From an uncultured Gemmatimonadales bacterium (GTDB lineage: Bacteria > Gemmatimonadota > Gemmatimonadetes > Gemmatimonadales > GWC2-71-9): a DNA stretch of 64,000 nucleotides. The stretch covers positions 32,001 through 96,000 of the forward strand of contig CAWJMT010000001.1 of assembly GCA_963844035.1 (NCBI GenBank), given 5' to 3'. The notes under the pieces were generated by a model. That model saw nothing but the letters and a program-made list of their open reading frames with translations. It did no database searches and had not been told where the DNA came from. Position numbers and translations under genes: made by a program. Below are positions 17,917 to 29,825 of the stretch, piece by piece. Positions within the stretch are counted from its first letter, which is position 1; each line of letters opens with the position of its first letter.

Positions 17917-20900
17917 GCGCCTGCCCGGCTCTTTCCGAGATAGGTGCGAACGAGTGGGGCCGCCCGCCGGCGTATCAGCACCGCTTTGAGCTGCTCGGCT
18001 TCCTCGGGCGCTACTTCGATCAAGAATCTCTCGCGCTTCCCTTCCCCCTCCTTCACCGCAACCGGAATGCCGTCGCGATAGAGAATCCGGTTGGTCGCCA
18101 CGGCGGCCACGGTGTCGCCGGGCGTGATGATGCCGGCGAGATTGAGCGGGTCTGCCCCGCTCAATGCTACGACCTCACCACGGGCCTCGTCGCGGCGCAC
18201 CGCGCGCAGTAGCCCGACCGCTTCAGTGAGCGCGTACTGCTCGCCCGAGAATCCGCCCACGAAACGCCCACCCCGAATTTCGCCGCGCGCCTCGAGCCGG
18301 CGATACGCGCGCAGGATGTCACGCCAGGGTGCCAGCAGGGATTCACGCGCGACCAGCCGGCGGAACACGACGCCGTAGCGCCGCAGCAGCTGCCAGGCGA
18401 CCGCCTCGGCGAGCTGCTCGTCGGACAAGAGGGAGCCGCGCCGCACTCGGGACCAACGGCCGGCGGTCTCGATCCCGAACGGCGCTGACCGGCCGCGGCG
18501 CCCGAACCCGCCGATCGGACGCCGCCGTTGCGACGGCACCAGGAGCGCGCGCAATCCGGCGAAGCTGTCCGACGTCACGAGCCCCCACGCCACCAGCTCG
18601 CCGAGGCCCTTTTCGACTTCGGTCCGCAACAGCCCGGTGGCGTTCACGAGGTCGCCAAAGAACGACGCGCCGCGCTGGTCCAGCGTATCCAGCACCGCGC
18701 GCCCCGAATGCGACAGTGGCAGCGCCGTTGCGTCGGGCTGAGCCGAGAGGGCCCGCCAGATGTCGCCCCGCTCGCGCTTGAAGAGCGCCGTGGGCGTCGC
18801 GCGAATCGGCCCCGACTTGTGCCCCTGCGACGGCGGGGCGGCCGACAACCGACCCCAGGCGACCGCTCCCGACAGGCACAGACCGTCCAACCACAGGGGA
18901 TCGTAGTCCTCGAGGCGGGCCGGCAGCACGTCCGTTTCCCAGGCCCCCGCTGGTACTTCGTACCCATCGAGCAGCTCGAGCACCGCGGTCAGGCCGTCGG
19001 GTCCCTCCGCGCGGGCGCCCGGGGCCACGCGCTGCCAGCGGAACAAGAAACGCATGAAGTCTGCCGCCGAGACCGGCTCGATCTCCTGACGCAGACGATC
19101 GAGGGTGTAGCGATGCACGCGGGCGAGCAGCCGCCGCTCGCACCATTCCAACTCGCTGCGCCCGGGTGTGAACCGCCCGCGCAGCACGAACCCTTCGTGC
19201 TCCAATGCGCCGAGTGCGAAGTCGATGTCGCCGGTCGCCACGCCCAGCGAGGCGGCGAGCTCCGCGGCGGTGGTGGGTCCCACCGCTTCGAGGCGGCCGC
19301 GAACCAGCTCACGCAGCCCGTCTTCACGCGTCCACACCTTCGCCCGATCGTGCGCCGGCGCTACAAGGAGCGACTCGGTGCGGGTACTCGGGAACACGGC
19401 CTCGATCAACGGCAGCCGCTCGGCCGCGACCCACAGCCGCGGCTCGTGCGTCAGGACTCCCGCGCGGCCGGCGCGTGACGAGCGCTTGGAAGTACCCATC
19501 CCACTTCCCCCTTCCCCCTTCCCCCTCGGTCACCGCTCCCACGATCAGTAGTGCGTCGTGCAGCTCATCAGCGCTCCGAGGATCCGGCCACGCCTCGTCC
19601 TTGACCCGATCGATCGCCGCCTGGTCGAGTCTCCCGAATTCCTCCGCCGTCTTGGTATCGAGCCCGCGCCGCGTAATCACCGCCTGCGTGCGCCGCTCCT
19701 CGAGCGGCGCGTCATCCAGGAACGCATAGGGCTTGGCGTTCAACACTTCGTGAGCGAGGGGCGAGGGCTCGGGGGTGTCGCGCGCGATCAATTGGAAATC
19801 GCCGGCGGTCATCGCCTCGAGCACGCGCTTCAACCCGGGGAAGTCCATCGCCTCGAGGAGACAGTCCTCAATCGTCTGCTTCACCAATGGATGGTCCGGG
19901 ATCTCACGATCGCCGACGAGGTTCTCGGGGCACGCCAGCTGGTCGGGGAACACCGCCGCCACGAGATCTTCGGCGTCCATCCGCTGCAGCGGCGTGGGCA
20001 CTTTCTTCCCACCGCGCGAGCGAAGCACGGCGAGCGCCCGGGTCGCGTTCCAGCGCCAGCGGGTGCCGAACATGGGCGCGTCCAGCATCGCCTGCACGAG
20101 CAGGTGCTCTGCCGTCTCGGGCCTCAGATACTGGAACACGTCGGCCAGCGGGAAGCTGTGCTGGGCGCCGAGCGACAGCACGATCGCATCCTCGGTGGCC
20201 GCCGCCTGCAGCTCGAAGTTGAAGCTGCGGCAGAAGCGCTTGCGCAACGCCAGGCCCCACGCGCGGTTGATCCGGCTGCCGAACGGAGCGTGCAGGACGA
20301 GCTGCATGCCCCCCGCTTCATCGAAGAAGCGCTCCAACACCAGCGTCCGCTGGGTGGGGATGACGCCCAGAATCCGCTGCGACGCCGCGAGATATTCGAC
20401 GATCTGACGGGCCGCCTCTTCGGCCACGCCCACGTCGGTGACGAGCCAGGCGATCGCACCGGCGGGATCGCTCAGGCGGTCGGCGATGTCTTGCCGCAGG
20501 CGCGACACCTCTTCTGACAGCTCGGCGGTGCGCGACGGGGCCTCGCCGAGCCAGAAGGGGATCGACGGCGGCTGGCCCTGCGCGTCAGCGACCCGCACCT
20601 GGCCCGACTCCACCTTGCGAATGAGATACGAGCTGTTGCCGAGCTGGAAGATGTCGCCCGGTGTACTCTCGATCGCGAAGTCCTCGTTGAGGGTGCCCAC
20701 GAACGTCTCAGTGGGCTCGAGGATCACGCGGTAGTCGCCGATGTCGGGAATCGCGCCCCCGGATGTGAGCGCAGCCAGGCGCGCCCCCCGCCGGCCGCGC
20801 AGTCTCCCGTTGACGCCGTCGAAATGCACGTAGGCGCCGCGCCGACCCCGCCGGGTGGTGAACCCGTCGGACAGCATGCGCACCACGTCGTCGAAATCCT

Positions 20901-22227
20901 TGCGGGAGAGGTCGCGGTACGGGTACGCGCCCCGCACCAGGTCGAACAGCGCCTCCTCACTCCAATCGTCGCAGGCCGTGGCGGCCACCACCTGCTGCGC
21001 CAGGATGTCGAGCGGCCGGTCGGGGATGATCAACCGGTCGAGCAGCTGGCCGCGCGCGGCCCGCACCAGCGCGGCGCACTCGATCAGTTCGTCTCTCGAC
21101 AGAGGGAAGAGGCGGCCCTTGGGAATGGCACCCAAGTGATGGCCGGAACGCCCCACGCGCTGCAGCAGCGTCGATATCGACCGCGTCGAGCCGATCTGAC
21201 AGACTAAGTCGACGGTGCCGATGTCGATCCCCAGCTCGAGCGAGGCCGTGGCGACGAGCGCCTTGAGCTTGCCTTCCTTGAGCCGGGTCTCCGCATCGAG
21301 CCGCTTCTCTTTCGACAGGCTGCCGTGGTGCGACGTCACGTGCTCGGCCCCGATGCGCTCCGACAGGTGCATGGTCACCCGCTCGGCGAGCCGGCGCGTA
21401 TTCACGAACACGAGCGTGGTCCGGTGCTCGGCGATCAGCCGGGCCAGCCGTTCGTACAGCTCGTCCCACACCTCTCCCGCCATCACGGCTTCGAGCGGTG
21501 ACGAGGGGATCTCGATCGCCAAATCGCGCGCGCGCGCGTGTCCGGAATCGATGATCGCCGGTTCCGGACGGCGGGAACCAGCGAGGAAACGCCCGATCTC
21601 TTCGATCGGCCGCTGGGTGGCGGACAAACCGATCCGCTGCAGCGGATGCCCGGTGAGTGCGGCGAGCCGCTCCAGCGAGAGCGCGAGATGGCTCCCGCGC
21701 TTGTCCCGGGCCACGGCGTGAATCTCGTCCACGATCACCGTGCGCACGGTGCGCAGTATCTCGCGCGCGCGCTCGGATGTGAGAACCAGGAAGAGGGACT
21801 CGGGCGTCGTGACCAGGATGTGCGGCGGGCGCCGCACCATCGCCTGGCGCTCCGCCCCCGGCGTGTCGCCGGTACGCACCAAGGTGCGAAGGTCTACGTC
21901 GGGGAGGCACAGCTCCGCGAGGGTCGCTCGAATCCCGGCGAGCGGCTCGGCGAGGTTCTTCTGAACGTCGTTCGACAGGGCCTTGAGCGGTGAGACGTAC
22001 AGCACCTGCACTTCGTCACGCAGCGTGCCGTCCAACCCCTGGCGCAACAATGAATCGATGGCGGCGAGGAAGGCGGCGAAGGTCTTGCCGGACCCCGTGG
22101 GCGCCGCGATGAGCGCATCGCGGCCCGATTGGATGACGGGCCAGGCGCGGCGCTGCGGCTCGGTCGGGTCGGGGAATCGCGCCTGGAACCACTGCGCGAC
22201 GGCAGGGTGAAAACCGGACAGCGGCAT
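17913..22227 (-). CDS. lhr: Lhr-family SF2 helicase (indel near 19480)
   Basis: [52 protein letters not shown]-terminal winged helices and LLRRYGVVF...[13 protein letters not shown]. Confidence 0.93.
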
Positions 22228-22240
22228 CGCTCGAATACTA

Positions 22241-23452
22241 CTACACGCCCGTCTCCAGGGGCACGCCGCGGGTCGCGGCGATTCGCTCGATCGTCTCGCC
22301 GATCTTGTTGTTGGGGGTCGACGCGCCGGCCGTGACGCCAATCGTGATCTGCCCCGGGGGCAGCCAGGCAGCGAGCTCTGCCTCGTCATGCGTGCCCGCT
22401 GGGCGGTACCGGACTGTGCCGGCCTCGGAGTCAATGCAGGCGGCGTCTTCGATATGGTACGTGGGGACGCGCTGCGCGCAGATCGCGGCCAGGTGGGCGG
22501 TGTTGCTCGAATTGTAACCGCCGATCACCACCATCAGGTCCAACGGTTGGGCAATCAGCTTCAGGACGGCGTCCTGGCGGTCCTGCGTGGCCGAGCAGAT
22601 CGTGTCGAAGGTACGGAAATGCTCGGCGAGGGCGGCTTGGCCATACCGCGCGACCATACTCTTGCGCACCTCGCCGGCGATGGCGAGCGACTCACCGGAC
22701 AGCATCGTGGTCTGGTTCGCGACCCCCACGCGCACCAGATCCCGCTCGGGATCGAAACCCGGCGACAGCTTGTCCGCGAACCGCTCGAGAAGCTCCTTCG
22801 CGCCGCCCCGGCCCTCCACGTACGCACACACGACGTGCGCCTCGTCCATGTCACGCACGACGAGGTACCGTCCGGCCGGGTACTTGGTGACCTGGCTGGC
22901 GGTCGCCTTCGTCTCCTCGTGGTAGAACTTTCCGTGGATGAGGGCGGTGAAACCGTCACGTGCGTATGACTCGACCCGCTTCCAGACGTTCAGGACCGAC
23001 CCGCAGGTGGTGTCCACGAGCACGCAACCGATGGCGCGCAGCCGGTCCAAGTCCTGGACGGTGACCCCGAACGCGGGAAGAATCACAACGTCGCCCGGCG
23101 TCACCACTCCGAAATCGAAATCGGTGCCTTCCGGATGATGGAGGCATTCCACCCCCATGTCGTGGAGCTTCGCGTTCACGTGCGGGTTGTGGATGATCTC
23201 CCCGACCAGGAAGATGCGTTGCGTGGGGAACTTGGTGCGGGTCTCGTAGGCGTATTCTACGGCCCGGTCCACGCCGTAGCAGAAGCCGAATTCGCCGGCC
23301 AGTTTGAACGTCAGGTCGCCGGCGACGAGGGCATATCCGCGCCCGCGAATCTGGTCTACGAGGCGGCTGTGGTAGTCGGCCGCGAGCGCGCCTTCGATGA
23401 CGCCCTTGAGGCCAAATCCCCGGCGGAAATAGGTCTGTTCCACGGGTGGCAA
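22241..23452 (-). CDS. ispH: 4-hydroxy-3-methylbut-2-enyl diphosphate reductase
   Basis: [47 protein letters not shown]. Confidence 0.95.
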   Translation of the reverse strand: MPPVEQTYFRRGFGLKGVIEGALAADYHSRLVDQIRGRGYALVAGDLTFKLAGEFGFCYGVDRAVEYAYETRTKFPTQRIFLVGEIIHNPHVNAKLHDMGVECLHHPEGTDFDFGVVTPGDVVILPAFGVTVQDLDRLRAIGCVLVDTTCGSVLNVWKRVESYARDGFTALIHGKFYHEETKATASQVTKYPAGRYLVVRDMDEAHVVCAYVEGRGGAKELLERFADKLSPGFDPERDLVRVGVANQTTMLSGESLAIAGEVRKSMVARYGQAALAEHFRTFDTICSATQDRQDAVLKLIAQPLDLMVVIGGYNSSNTAHLAAICAQRVPTYHIEDAACIDSEAGTVRYRPAGTHDEAELAAWLPPGQITIGVTAGASTPNNKIGETIERIAATRGVPLETGV

Positions 23453-23481
23453 TCTAACCGCAAGCCCGGCCCTGCGGGCCC

Positions 23482-23998
23482 TTAGGACGCGAGCTGCACG
23501 TGGCAGGAGAGGGTATCGGGCGCCACCGGAACCGCGTCGAACGTGGCGTCGAGCAGCACGCGCTGGCCGACCACGGGGTCGAGCCCCGACCCTCGAACCC
23601 GTACGTCCTTCCGGCCGGTCCCCGCGGAGACGGTCACCTCACCGCTGTCGAGCGTCACGCCGCGCTCGGCATTCGTGCGGGTGACAAACCGCACCGCCGC
23701 CATGGCACCGCGCCGCGTCGTGGAGTCGCCGCGCGCCAGCATTCGATAGGTCCCCCCCACCACCGTGTCGCCGGAGCGTATCCAGAGCAGGACGCCGCTT
23801 CCGCGTATTGCGCCCTCCACGACGACGCCGCGCCCTTCGCCACAGGAGTGCGCCGATGCGTCGCTCGAGAATTGGAGCGTGTCGTGCGTCTGCAGGATGA
23901 CCTGGGCGCTGAGACGGCCGGGCGTTGGGGCCCGGCAGCTGCATGCGATCAGGAGAACAAAAGGGAGGAAGGCTCTCAGGTCAAAAAAGCTAGGTCAT
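23482..23998 (-). CDS. Hypothetical, probable lipoprotein (start uncertain)
   Basis: Open frame LRAFLPFVLLIACSC... continuous with track ORF 23482-23820. Confidence 0.45.
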
Positions 23999-24036
23999 GA
24001 CCTTGTGAGCCGCCAGGACGCGCTACGGAAACGGAG

Positions 24037-24508
24037 CTAGGAGTGCGAGCCGCCCGACCGCCCATTCCCGGGCCGGAGGCCATACGCCCTCAACCGACGC
24101 CACAGGGTCGTGCGACTGATTCCCAGACGACGCGCGGTTTCGGCGAGCCTGCCGTGCGTGCCCTGCAGGGTGTCGACGATCGCCTGACGTTCGCGGTCGG
24201 CCAACGTGCGGGGCTGGTCGGCGCCGGCAGGGAGGAAGACCACCTCTCCCAGACTCGACGTCCCGGCGCGGAGCGGAGAGACTCGTCCTCCGAGCGCCAC
24301 CAGACGAGGCCGGAGCGAGTCCGCCCGCTGCGTCGTCCAGTCTCCATCGAGGCCCACCGACTCGCCGTGCCAGCCCGTTGGCGTAAACGACGCGACCGTG
24401 GGTGTCGAACACGACGATCCCGCTCCCCAACGATTCCATCACCGCCTGGCCAAGAGGCGGTAGCGATGCCGGGGGGGGCAGCGTAGAGGTCTTTTCTCGT
24501 GAAGGCAT
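24037..24508 (-). CDS. Small PAS-like plus Fis-type HTH protein (indel near 24355)
   Basis: GIVVFDTHGRVVYAN (PAS start); LADRERQAIVDTLQGTHGRLAETARRLGISRTTLWRRL (HTH_8). Confidence 0.75.
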
Positions 24509-24620
24509 TTGTGCTGTTGAGATACTCTGATTGAGGTACAAGGTTTCACTCCCGGCCAGGGTAGCCTACACGCCTATACGTAGGAGACCCGGGAAACGCT
24601 GGTGGCGTCACGCCCCCAGG

Positions 24621-27177
24621 TCATCGGCGGCGGTGGCGACGGGCGCCCTGGACGAGGCGCTTCCTTTCCCCCTGAGACAACCCGCTCAGCTGGCGCTGGA
24701 GGTCCTCGAGGGTCTCGGCACGTATCGCCTCCCGCTTGCCCCGCAGCACCGTAAAGCGCAACGGCCGGTCGAACGCTGGGAGGTCACGGCTGCGCAGGCG
24801 GCGCGCCTGCCCCTCCTTGAGCCGTAGGCGGACCACTCCCCGCCCTTTTTCCACTTCGTACTCGACCGGAATGCGATCGCCCAGCAGGTGGAGCGACGAC
24901 GCCATCGCCTCGAGCTGGGCGCGCTCGGGGGCCGGGATATCCACCTCCACGTCCAGCGCGAAGCGCGCGTTGATGAACGCGTCCCAGGAGCCCACATGGC
25001 GGATTTGCTCGGCGAGCTTGGCGGCGAGCCCCTCGGGCGCCGCGGCGGCCAGCTGCCCGCCCGAGCGGCGCCAGTAGAACCCGTAGCGCTCGAGGGCGCG
25101 GCGTACGCGCCCCTGGTCGGGGTGCGGGGTGGTACCGGCGAGCAGCGCCTCGACCAAAGCCGCCCGGGCCGCCGAGGCGAGATCCGCCGGAAACGGGTCC
25201 GGCAACGGTTCCGCGTCGCGCTCGAGCAAAAAGCCGAAGTAGCTGAGGCGCCGCACCGCGACCAGACCGCTCCGCCGGCGGAGGCGCTCGAACGCGACTT
25301 CGGGCGCCCCACGTCGCGCGTACTTCCGGATCGCACGTTCGGGCACCTGCGTCCCCTCGATGCTGCCGCGCGGATTGCCGAACCGGTCGGCGAAGTAGCG
25401 CAGATTCCCGGCGACCGCGCCCCAGCTCCCACAGACCGAGCCTTTGCTGACCCGGGCTTCACGACCATCGGCCGTTTCCTCGTCGATCACGAGATCGAAG
25501 GGCATCACGCGGGCGAGGAGATCGGCAAACGCCGCGCGAACCCGCTCGTCGGCGTACGGCAGCTTCTCGGGCAGGGGCAGCTCCAGCTGCCGGTAGACCG
25601 ACGCCATGCCCAGCGCCACGTCCTCGATCACTTTCACCAGGACGCCGCGCGCCTCCGCCCACGCATCGATGGTGTCCCGGAACAGGTGGCGCGGCAGGCC
25701 GTAGACCTCCCCCAGATAGCCGTGTTTGTTGACAGCCTCTGCGTGGACGTTGTAGGCCGTGAGGTGATCACTGCCCGCGACAATCAGCCCTGCAAGGTCG
25801 CGCTCTTCCCGGGTCATGCGATGCAGCGAATCCACGTTGGCGGCAACGGCGACTACCGGGAGGAGCGACGCCTCGGCGTGATACAGCATTTCCCCCCACG
25901 GCCGCTCGACCGGCATGGCCTCAACGTCGCGTCCGTAGCGGGTGAGGCGCCCGTTCTCGATCAGGCCGCGGTCGCTGAGGAGCTGGACCGCTTCCCGATA
26001 CGCGCGCCGGTCGAGCGGGACGGGAAGATCGAGCGCCTGCGCATCCACCCCGATCGCGGCGCAGGTGATCGCCACGCGTTCGGCGTCGCCCGCAAGCTGA
26101 AATTCGGGAGGGGTCGGCTGGAGCTGCTGAAAATACCAGATCGCGATCGCTGAGGATGTGCACTTGCCCCGCTGCGACCCGGCCGTGCACCCGGCCCGCC
26201 ATCTGCAACAGCTCATTGGCGCCGAGATACAGCCGGGTGAGCACATTGCGCCCCCGCTCCACCACGTTCGTGTACCGGGCATCGTAGATCACGACCGTAT
26301 CCAGGCCATGGATGTTCAGCGCTGACTGGCCGGCGGCGGTCATGGCAAGCAGGAACGGGCGTCGCGTCGTGCCGTCGAGAAAGGGCCGGATCACCCGGAT
26401 CGGCTCCCCCCCGTGGTAGAAGGCGGTCGCGAGCGAGGGCCACCGGCTCCCGAGCTCACGCGCGATTTGCTCCACCTCCGCGCGGGTGGGAACGAACACC
26501 GCCACACCGCGGCGCTCCGCAATCATGCGCTTCACGAAGCGCTCATTCAGGAACTCGAGGGGCCGCTGCGCAACGACCTGCACGTCCGCCGCCTTCGCGG
26601 GATCGAACGCCTTGGTTTCCAGGACTTCGGCCGAATCGAGGTAGCGGGCGTAGAACGCCGGATCGACGGTGGCGGAGAGCCAGATGAAGCGACACCCGAC
26701 CCGCTTTCCGAGGGCCAGGCACAGCTCGAGCTCGGCGGAGGTTTGATGGATCTCGTCCACGACGAGGCTGTCGCGCGTGGTGATCAGGCCATCCTCGAAC
26801 CAGCGCCGCGCAATGCCGGTCGTAATGATGACAACATTCCACGTCGGGGTCTCGGGAGTCGCTTCGCGCTCGCGATTCACCACGCCCACCTTCAGCGGGG
26901 CGCGAAGGATCGTCTCGGCCATGACGCGGACGGCCAGGGTCTTCCCCGTTCCGGTCCCGGCGACGATCCCGAAACCGCGCCCGGACCCCGCGAGCCGCCG
27001 AATGTCGCCGCCGTGTTCACGCTCGAGCAGGGTCTCGATCCGGAGCCCCATCGCCAGCTCGATTGTCTCGCACGCGGCACGCGTGGGCGCAATGACGATC
27101 ACCCGACCGGTAGGGGGCTCGGCCGCGAGGAACGCCTGGGGATCGGGAGGGAGAAAATGATCGCGAATTACGTGCAC
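24621..27177 (-). CDS. DExH/HrpB-like helicase (indel near 26130)
   Basis: GTGTGKT, DEIH, LSAT, VFVPT, QMAGRVHGR, LTRYGRDV (HA2-like), GSDHL. Confidence 0.85.
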
Positions 27178-27254
27178 GGCAGAATAGAAGAGGGCCGCGC
27201 GGGAAAACGCAAACGCGGCCCGGTGAGCGGTGCTTCAGACGACCGATGGAGGAG

Positions 27255-27491
27255 TCAGCCCGGGGGCCGCGCCTGCGCGATGAGCTTCAACACTTCGCCG
27301 GGCTCGGCATGCCGCCCCAGCGCCTGCTTGGAAAACAGCTTCTTCCCGTCTACCTCGACGTCGAACACGCCCCCCGCCCCCTGGATGAGCCGCGCCTCGG
27401 CCTGTGGGTAGGCCTTGCGGATCTCGGCCGCCAGCGCGGCGGCTCGGGGTTCGTAGTTGCAAACGAGGCAGTACTCGATCATTACGCGCAT
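27255..27491 (-). CDS. Rdx (SelT/SelW/SelH) family redox protein, CxxC form
   Basis: [13 protein letters not shown]...[16 protein letters not shown]...EPGEV. Confidence 0.88.
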   Translation of the reverse strand: MRVMIEYCLVCNYEPRAAALAAEIRKAYPQAEARLIQGAGGVFDVEVDGKKLFSKQALGRHAEPGEVLKLIAQARPPG

Positions 27492-27570
27492 AGAATGTGT
27501 GCGGAAAATACTCGCGCTTGACACCCCGCGCCACACGCCCGAGCTTGCGCGTCATCCGCACCCGACCGGC

Positions 27571-29688
27571 ATGAGTCCTCTTCTCCGCCTGCGCCTCGAC
27601 CGGGCAGCCATCGTGCAGACGCTCGTCGCGCTGGGCGCCATCGCGGCCATCGTCGCCGCAGTGGTTGCGCTCGCCACGGGCCGCGGCGTCTTGGCCCCCG
27701 GCATGGAAGTGCTGGCCCTGGTCGGCGTCGGCGCACTCGTCCGCCGCTACGGCATCGGCCTCCCGGGCCACGGGTTCGCGTCCTACTTGCCGGGCGTAGC
27801 GGCGTACGCGGTTCTCGATCGTGGCTGGCACCTCGCGGTCATCGCCGCACCACTCGCGATGGTCGTCGGAGACGTGGTGCTGCGACGCCTGCCCCTTCAA
27901 GCTGCCCTCGGGGGCGCCGCGCACGTAGCCGCCGGAACCGCGATCGCCGGCCTCCTCTACCGCTGGCTCGGCGGGACGACGGGGAGTGACGCGTTGTCGG
28001 CGGCGAATCTCGGACACCTCGTTGCGTTCCTGGCGGCGCTCCCCCTGCTCGTGAACGGCACGTTCTATCTCGAGCTCGGTTTGCGGCGGGCGGTCGTGCG
28101 CGCGCACGCGGCCCTCACGGCACGTTGGGAGACCGCCGTGTGCGCGGTCGCGGGCGCGCTGGCCACGGGATGGGTCGCGCTCACACATGCGTCCGTGGGG
28201 CCGGGCATCGCCACGACGCTCGGCGCGCTGCTCACCGCCGCCACGGCGGCGTCGTTGTACGTGCTGCGGCGCGCGGTGCGTGCAGACGAGCTCTATCTGG
28301 TTCAAGAGCTGTCGCAGGCCGTCACCGGCGGTATCAGCCTCACCCGCAGTGTGAGCCGCATCCACCAGCTCACGCGCCGGCTGGTTCCGTGGGAGCAGAT
28401 GGGATTCGCTCGCTATGACCCTCGCACGAACGAGATGGAGACCCTGTCCGACACGGCCGCCACCGGAGACCGCGCAGGCCGTCGGATCGATGCTGGGGTG
28501 GGGCTGATCGGTGAAGCGATAAGCTCGGGACAGCCGCTGGTGGCCGAAGTGAGGCCGAATGATCCGCTCCTGGCCTCGAACCACGAAGTGCCCGGATGCG
28601 CGGTGCTGGTGCCGTTGCGGCACGCCGGCCACCTGGTGGGGCTTTGGAGCGTGCGCCATTCCGATCCAACCATGTACCGCGAGTCCGACAGAGACATGCT
28701 CGCCCTCCTGGGGCCACAGCTCGCGCTCATGCTCGCCGTCGAAGGCTCGATCCAGCCGGTCGTCGGTGCGTCGGAGCGGACGACCGCCTACATCAAGACA
28801 CTGACGGCAACCATGCAACAGATCCAAACCTCCAGCCAGGAGGTCACGGCCGCGGCGCAGCGCGCCAGCCACGGAGCTGCCCAGGCGACCCGGCTGGTCG
28901 GTGCCGCCGCCGGTGAATCCACCGCGCTGAAGCAGAGCGCCGCCGAGTTGGCGACCGCGGGCGAAGCCACCCGCAGCGCGGGCGCGCAGATGGAACAGAC
29001 CGCGAGTAAGGTGCGGCTCGAGACTCAGGGGGCCGTACGCCAGCTCACAGGGCTCGGCAGCACCGCCGAGGAAAGTGCCAGCGAGGTGCGCCGGCTGCAG
29101 CAAGTCGCCGAGGAGGTAGAGCGGTTCTCCGAGACCATCGGGTTCATCGCGAACCAGACCAACCTGCTGGCCCTCAACGCAACGATCGAGGCCGCTCGGG
29201 CCGGCGTGCACGGGCGCGGGTTCGCCGTGGTTGCCGACGAGGTGCACAAGCTGGCGGAACAGAGTGGGCGCGAGGCGCGCAACGTGGGGAAATCCGCTCA
29301 GGATACGCGCCGCGCCCTCGACCGCGCGGTCCAGCTGCTCGAGCGGATCCGCGGCGACCTCGCAGACGTCGTGCGCGGGTCCTCCGCCTGGGTGCTGGAC
29401 CTCGACCGCATCGCGGAGGGAGCCTCGGGTACGGCACGGGCGGGCAAGCGGGTGGCGGAGGTCGCGCGTGTCATCGCCGACCTGTCGGGCCGCATCTCTC
29501 AAACCCTCGAGCAAGCCAAGGAGGGCGCCGTCGCATCGACCCGCGAGACCGAACCTGTCGCCGCCGCCGCCGGTCACCAGGTCACGGCGATCGACAATCT
29601 CGCCCGCGGCGCCAATGAGCTCAGCATCCTCGCGGGCCACCTCGCCGAAGCGGTACGCCTGGTGCAGGGGGAGAACGGGCATCAGTAG
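27571..29688 (+). CDS. Methyl-accepting chemotaxis-like protein (multi-TM + GAF + MCP signalling domain)
   Basis: [41 protein letters not shown]-like GLIGEAI...LVPL...LVG. Confidence 0.9.
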   Translation: MSPLLRLRLDRAAIVQTLVALGAIAAIVAAVVALATGRGVLAPGMEVLALVGVGALVRRYGIGLPGHGFASYLPGVAAYAVLDRGWHLAVIAAPLAMVVGDVVLRRLPLQAALGGAAHVAAGTAIAGLLYRWLGGTTGSDALSAANLGHLVAFLAALPLLVNGTFYLELGLRRAVVRAHAALTARWETAVCAVAGALATGWVALTHASVGPGIATTLGALLTAATAASLYVLRRAVRADELYLVQELSQAVTGGISLTRSVSRIHQLTRRLVPWEQMGFARYDPRTNEMETLSDTAATGDRAGRRIDAGVGLIGEAISSGQPLVAEVRPNDPLLASNHEVPGCAVLVPLRHAGHLVGLWSVRHSDPTMYRESDRDMLALLGPQLALMLAVEGSIQPVVGASERTTAYIKTLTATMQQIQTSSQEVTAAAQRASHGAAQATRLVGAAAGESTALKQSAAELATAGEATRSAGAQMEQTASKVRLETQGAVRQLTGLGSTAEESASEVRRLQQVAEEVERFSETIGFIANQTNLLALNATIEAARAGVHGRGFAVVADEVHKLAEQSGREARNVGKSAQDTRRALDRAVQLLERIRGDLADVVRGSSAWVLDLDRIAEGASGTARAGKRVAEVARVIADLSGRISQTLEQAKEGAVASTRETEPVAAAAGHQVTAIDNLARGANELSILAGHLAEAVRLVQGENGHQ

Positions 29689-29825
29689 GGTCGCCCCTGC
29701 CGCTTAGGCACGGGTTGGCATGTCGGTGATCAAGCGCACGGACTTCGGGGGCCCCCGGCGGCACTGTGTCGCCCCGGCCGGGGGCACGGGGTTTCTCCCC
29801 TCGCCTCGCGCCCGTTGGAGGATAG

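Noticed and set aside
27255..27491. Possible selenoprotein (Rdx family is often CxxU)
   Set aside because: Both codons are TGC (CLVC); there is no in-frame TGA.
29706..29721. Sigma54-like AGGCACGGGTTGGCA upstream of ompA
   Set aside because: GG-to-GC spacing is 9 nt rather than the required 10.
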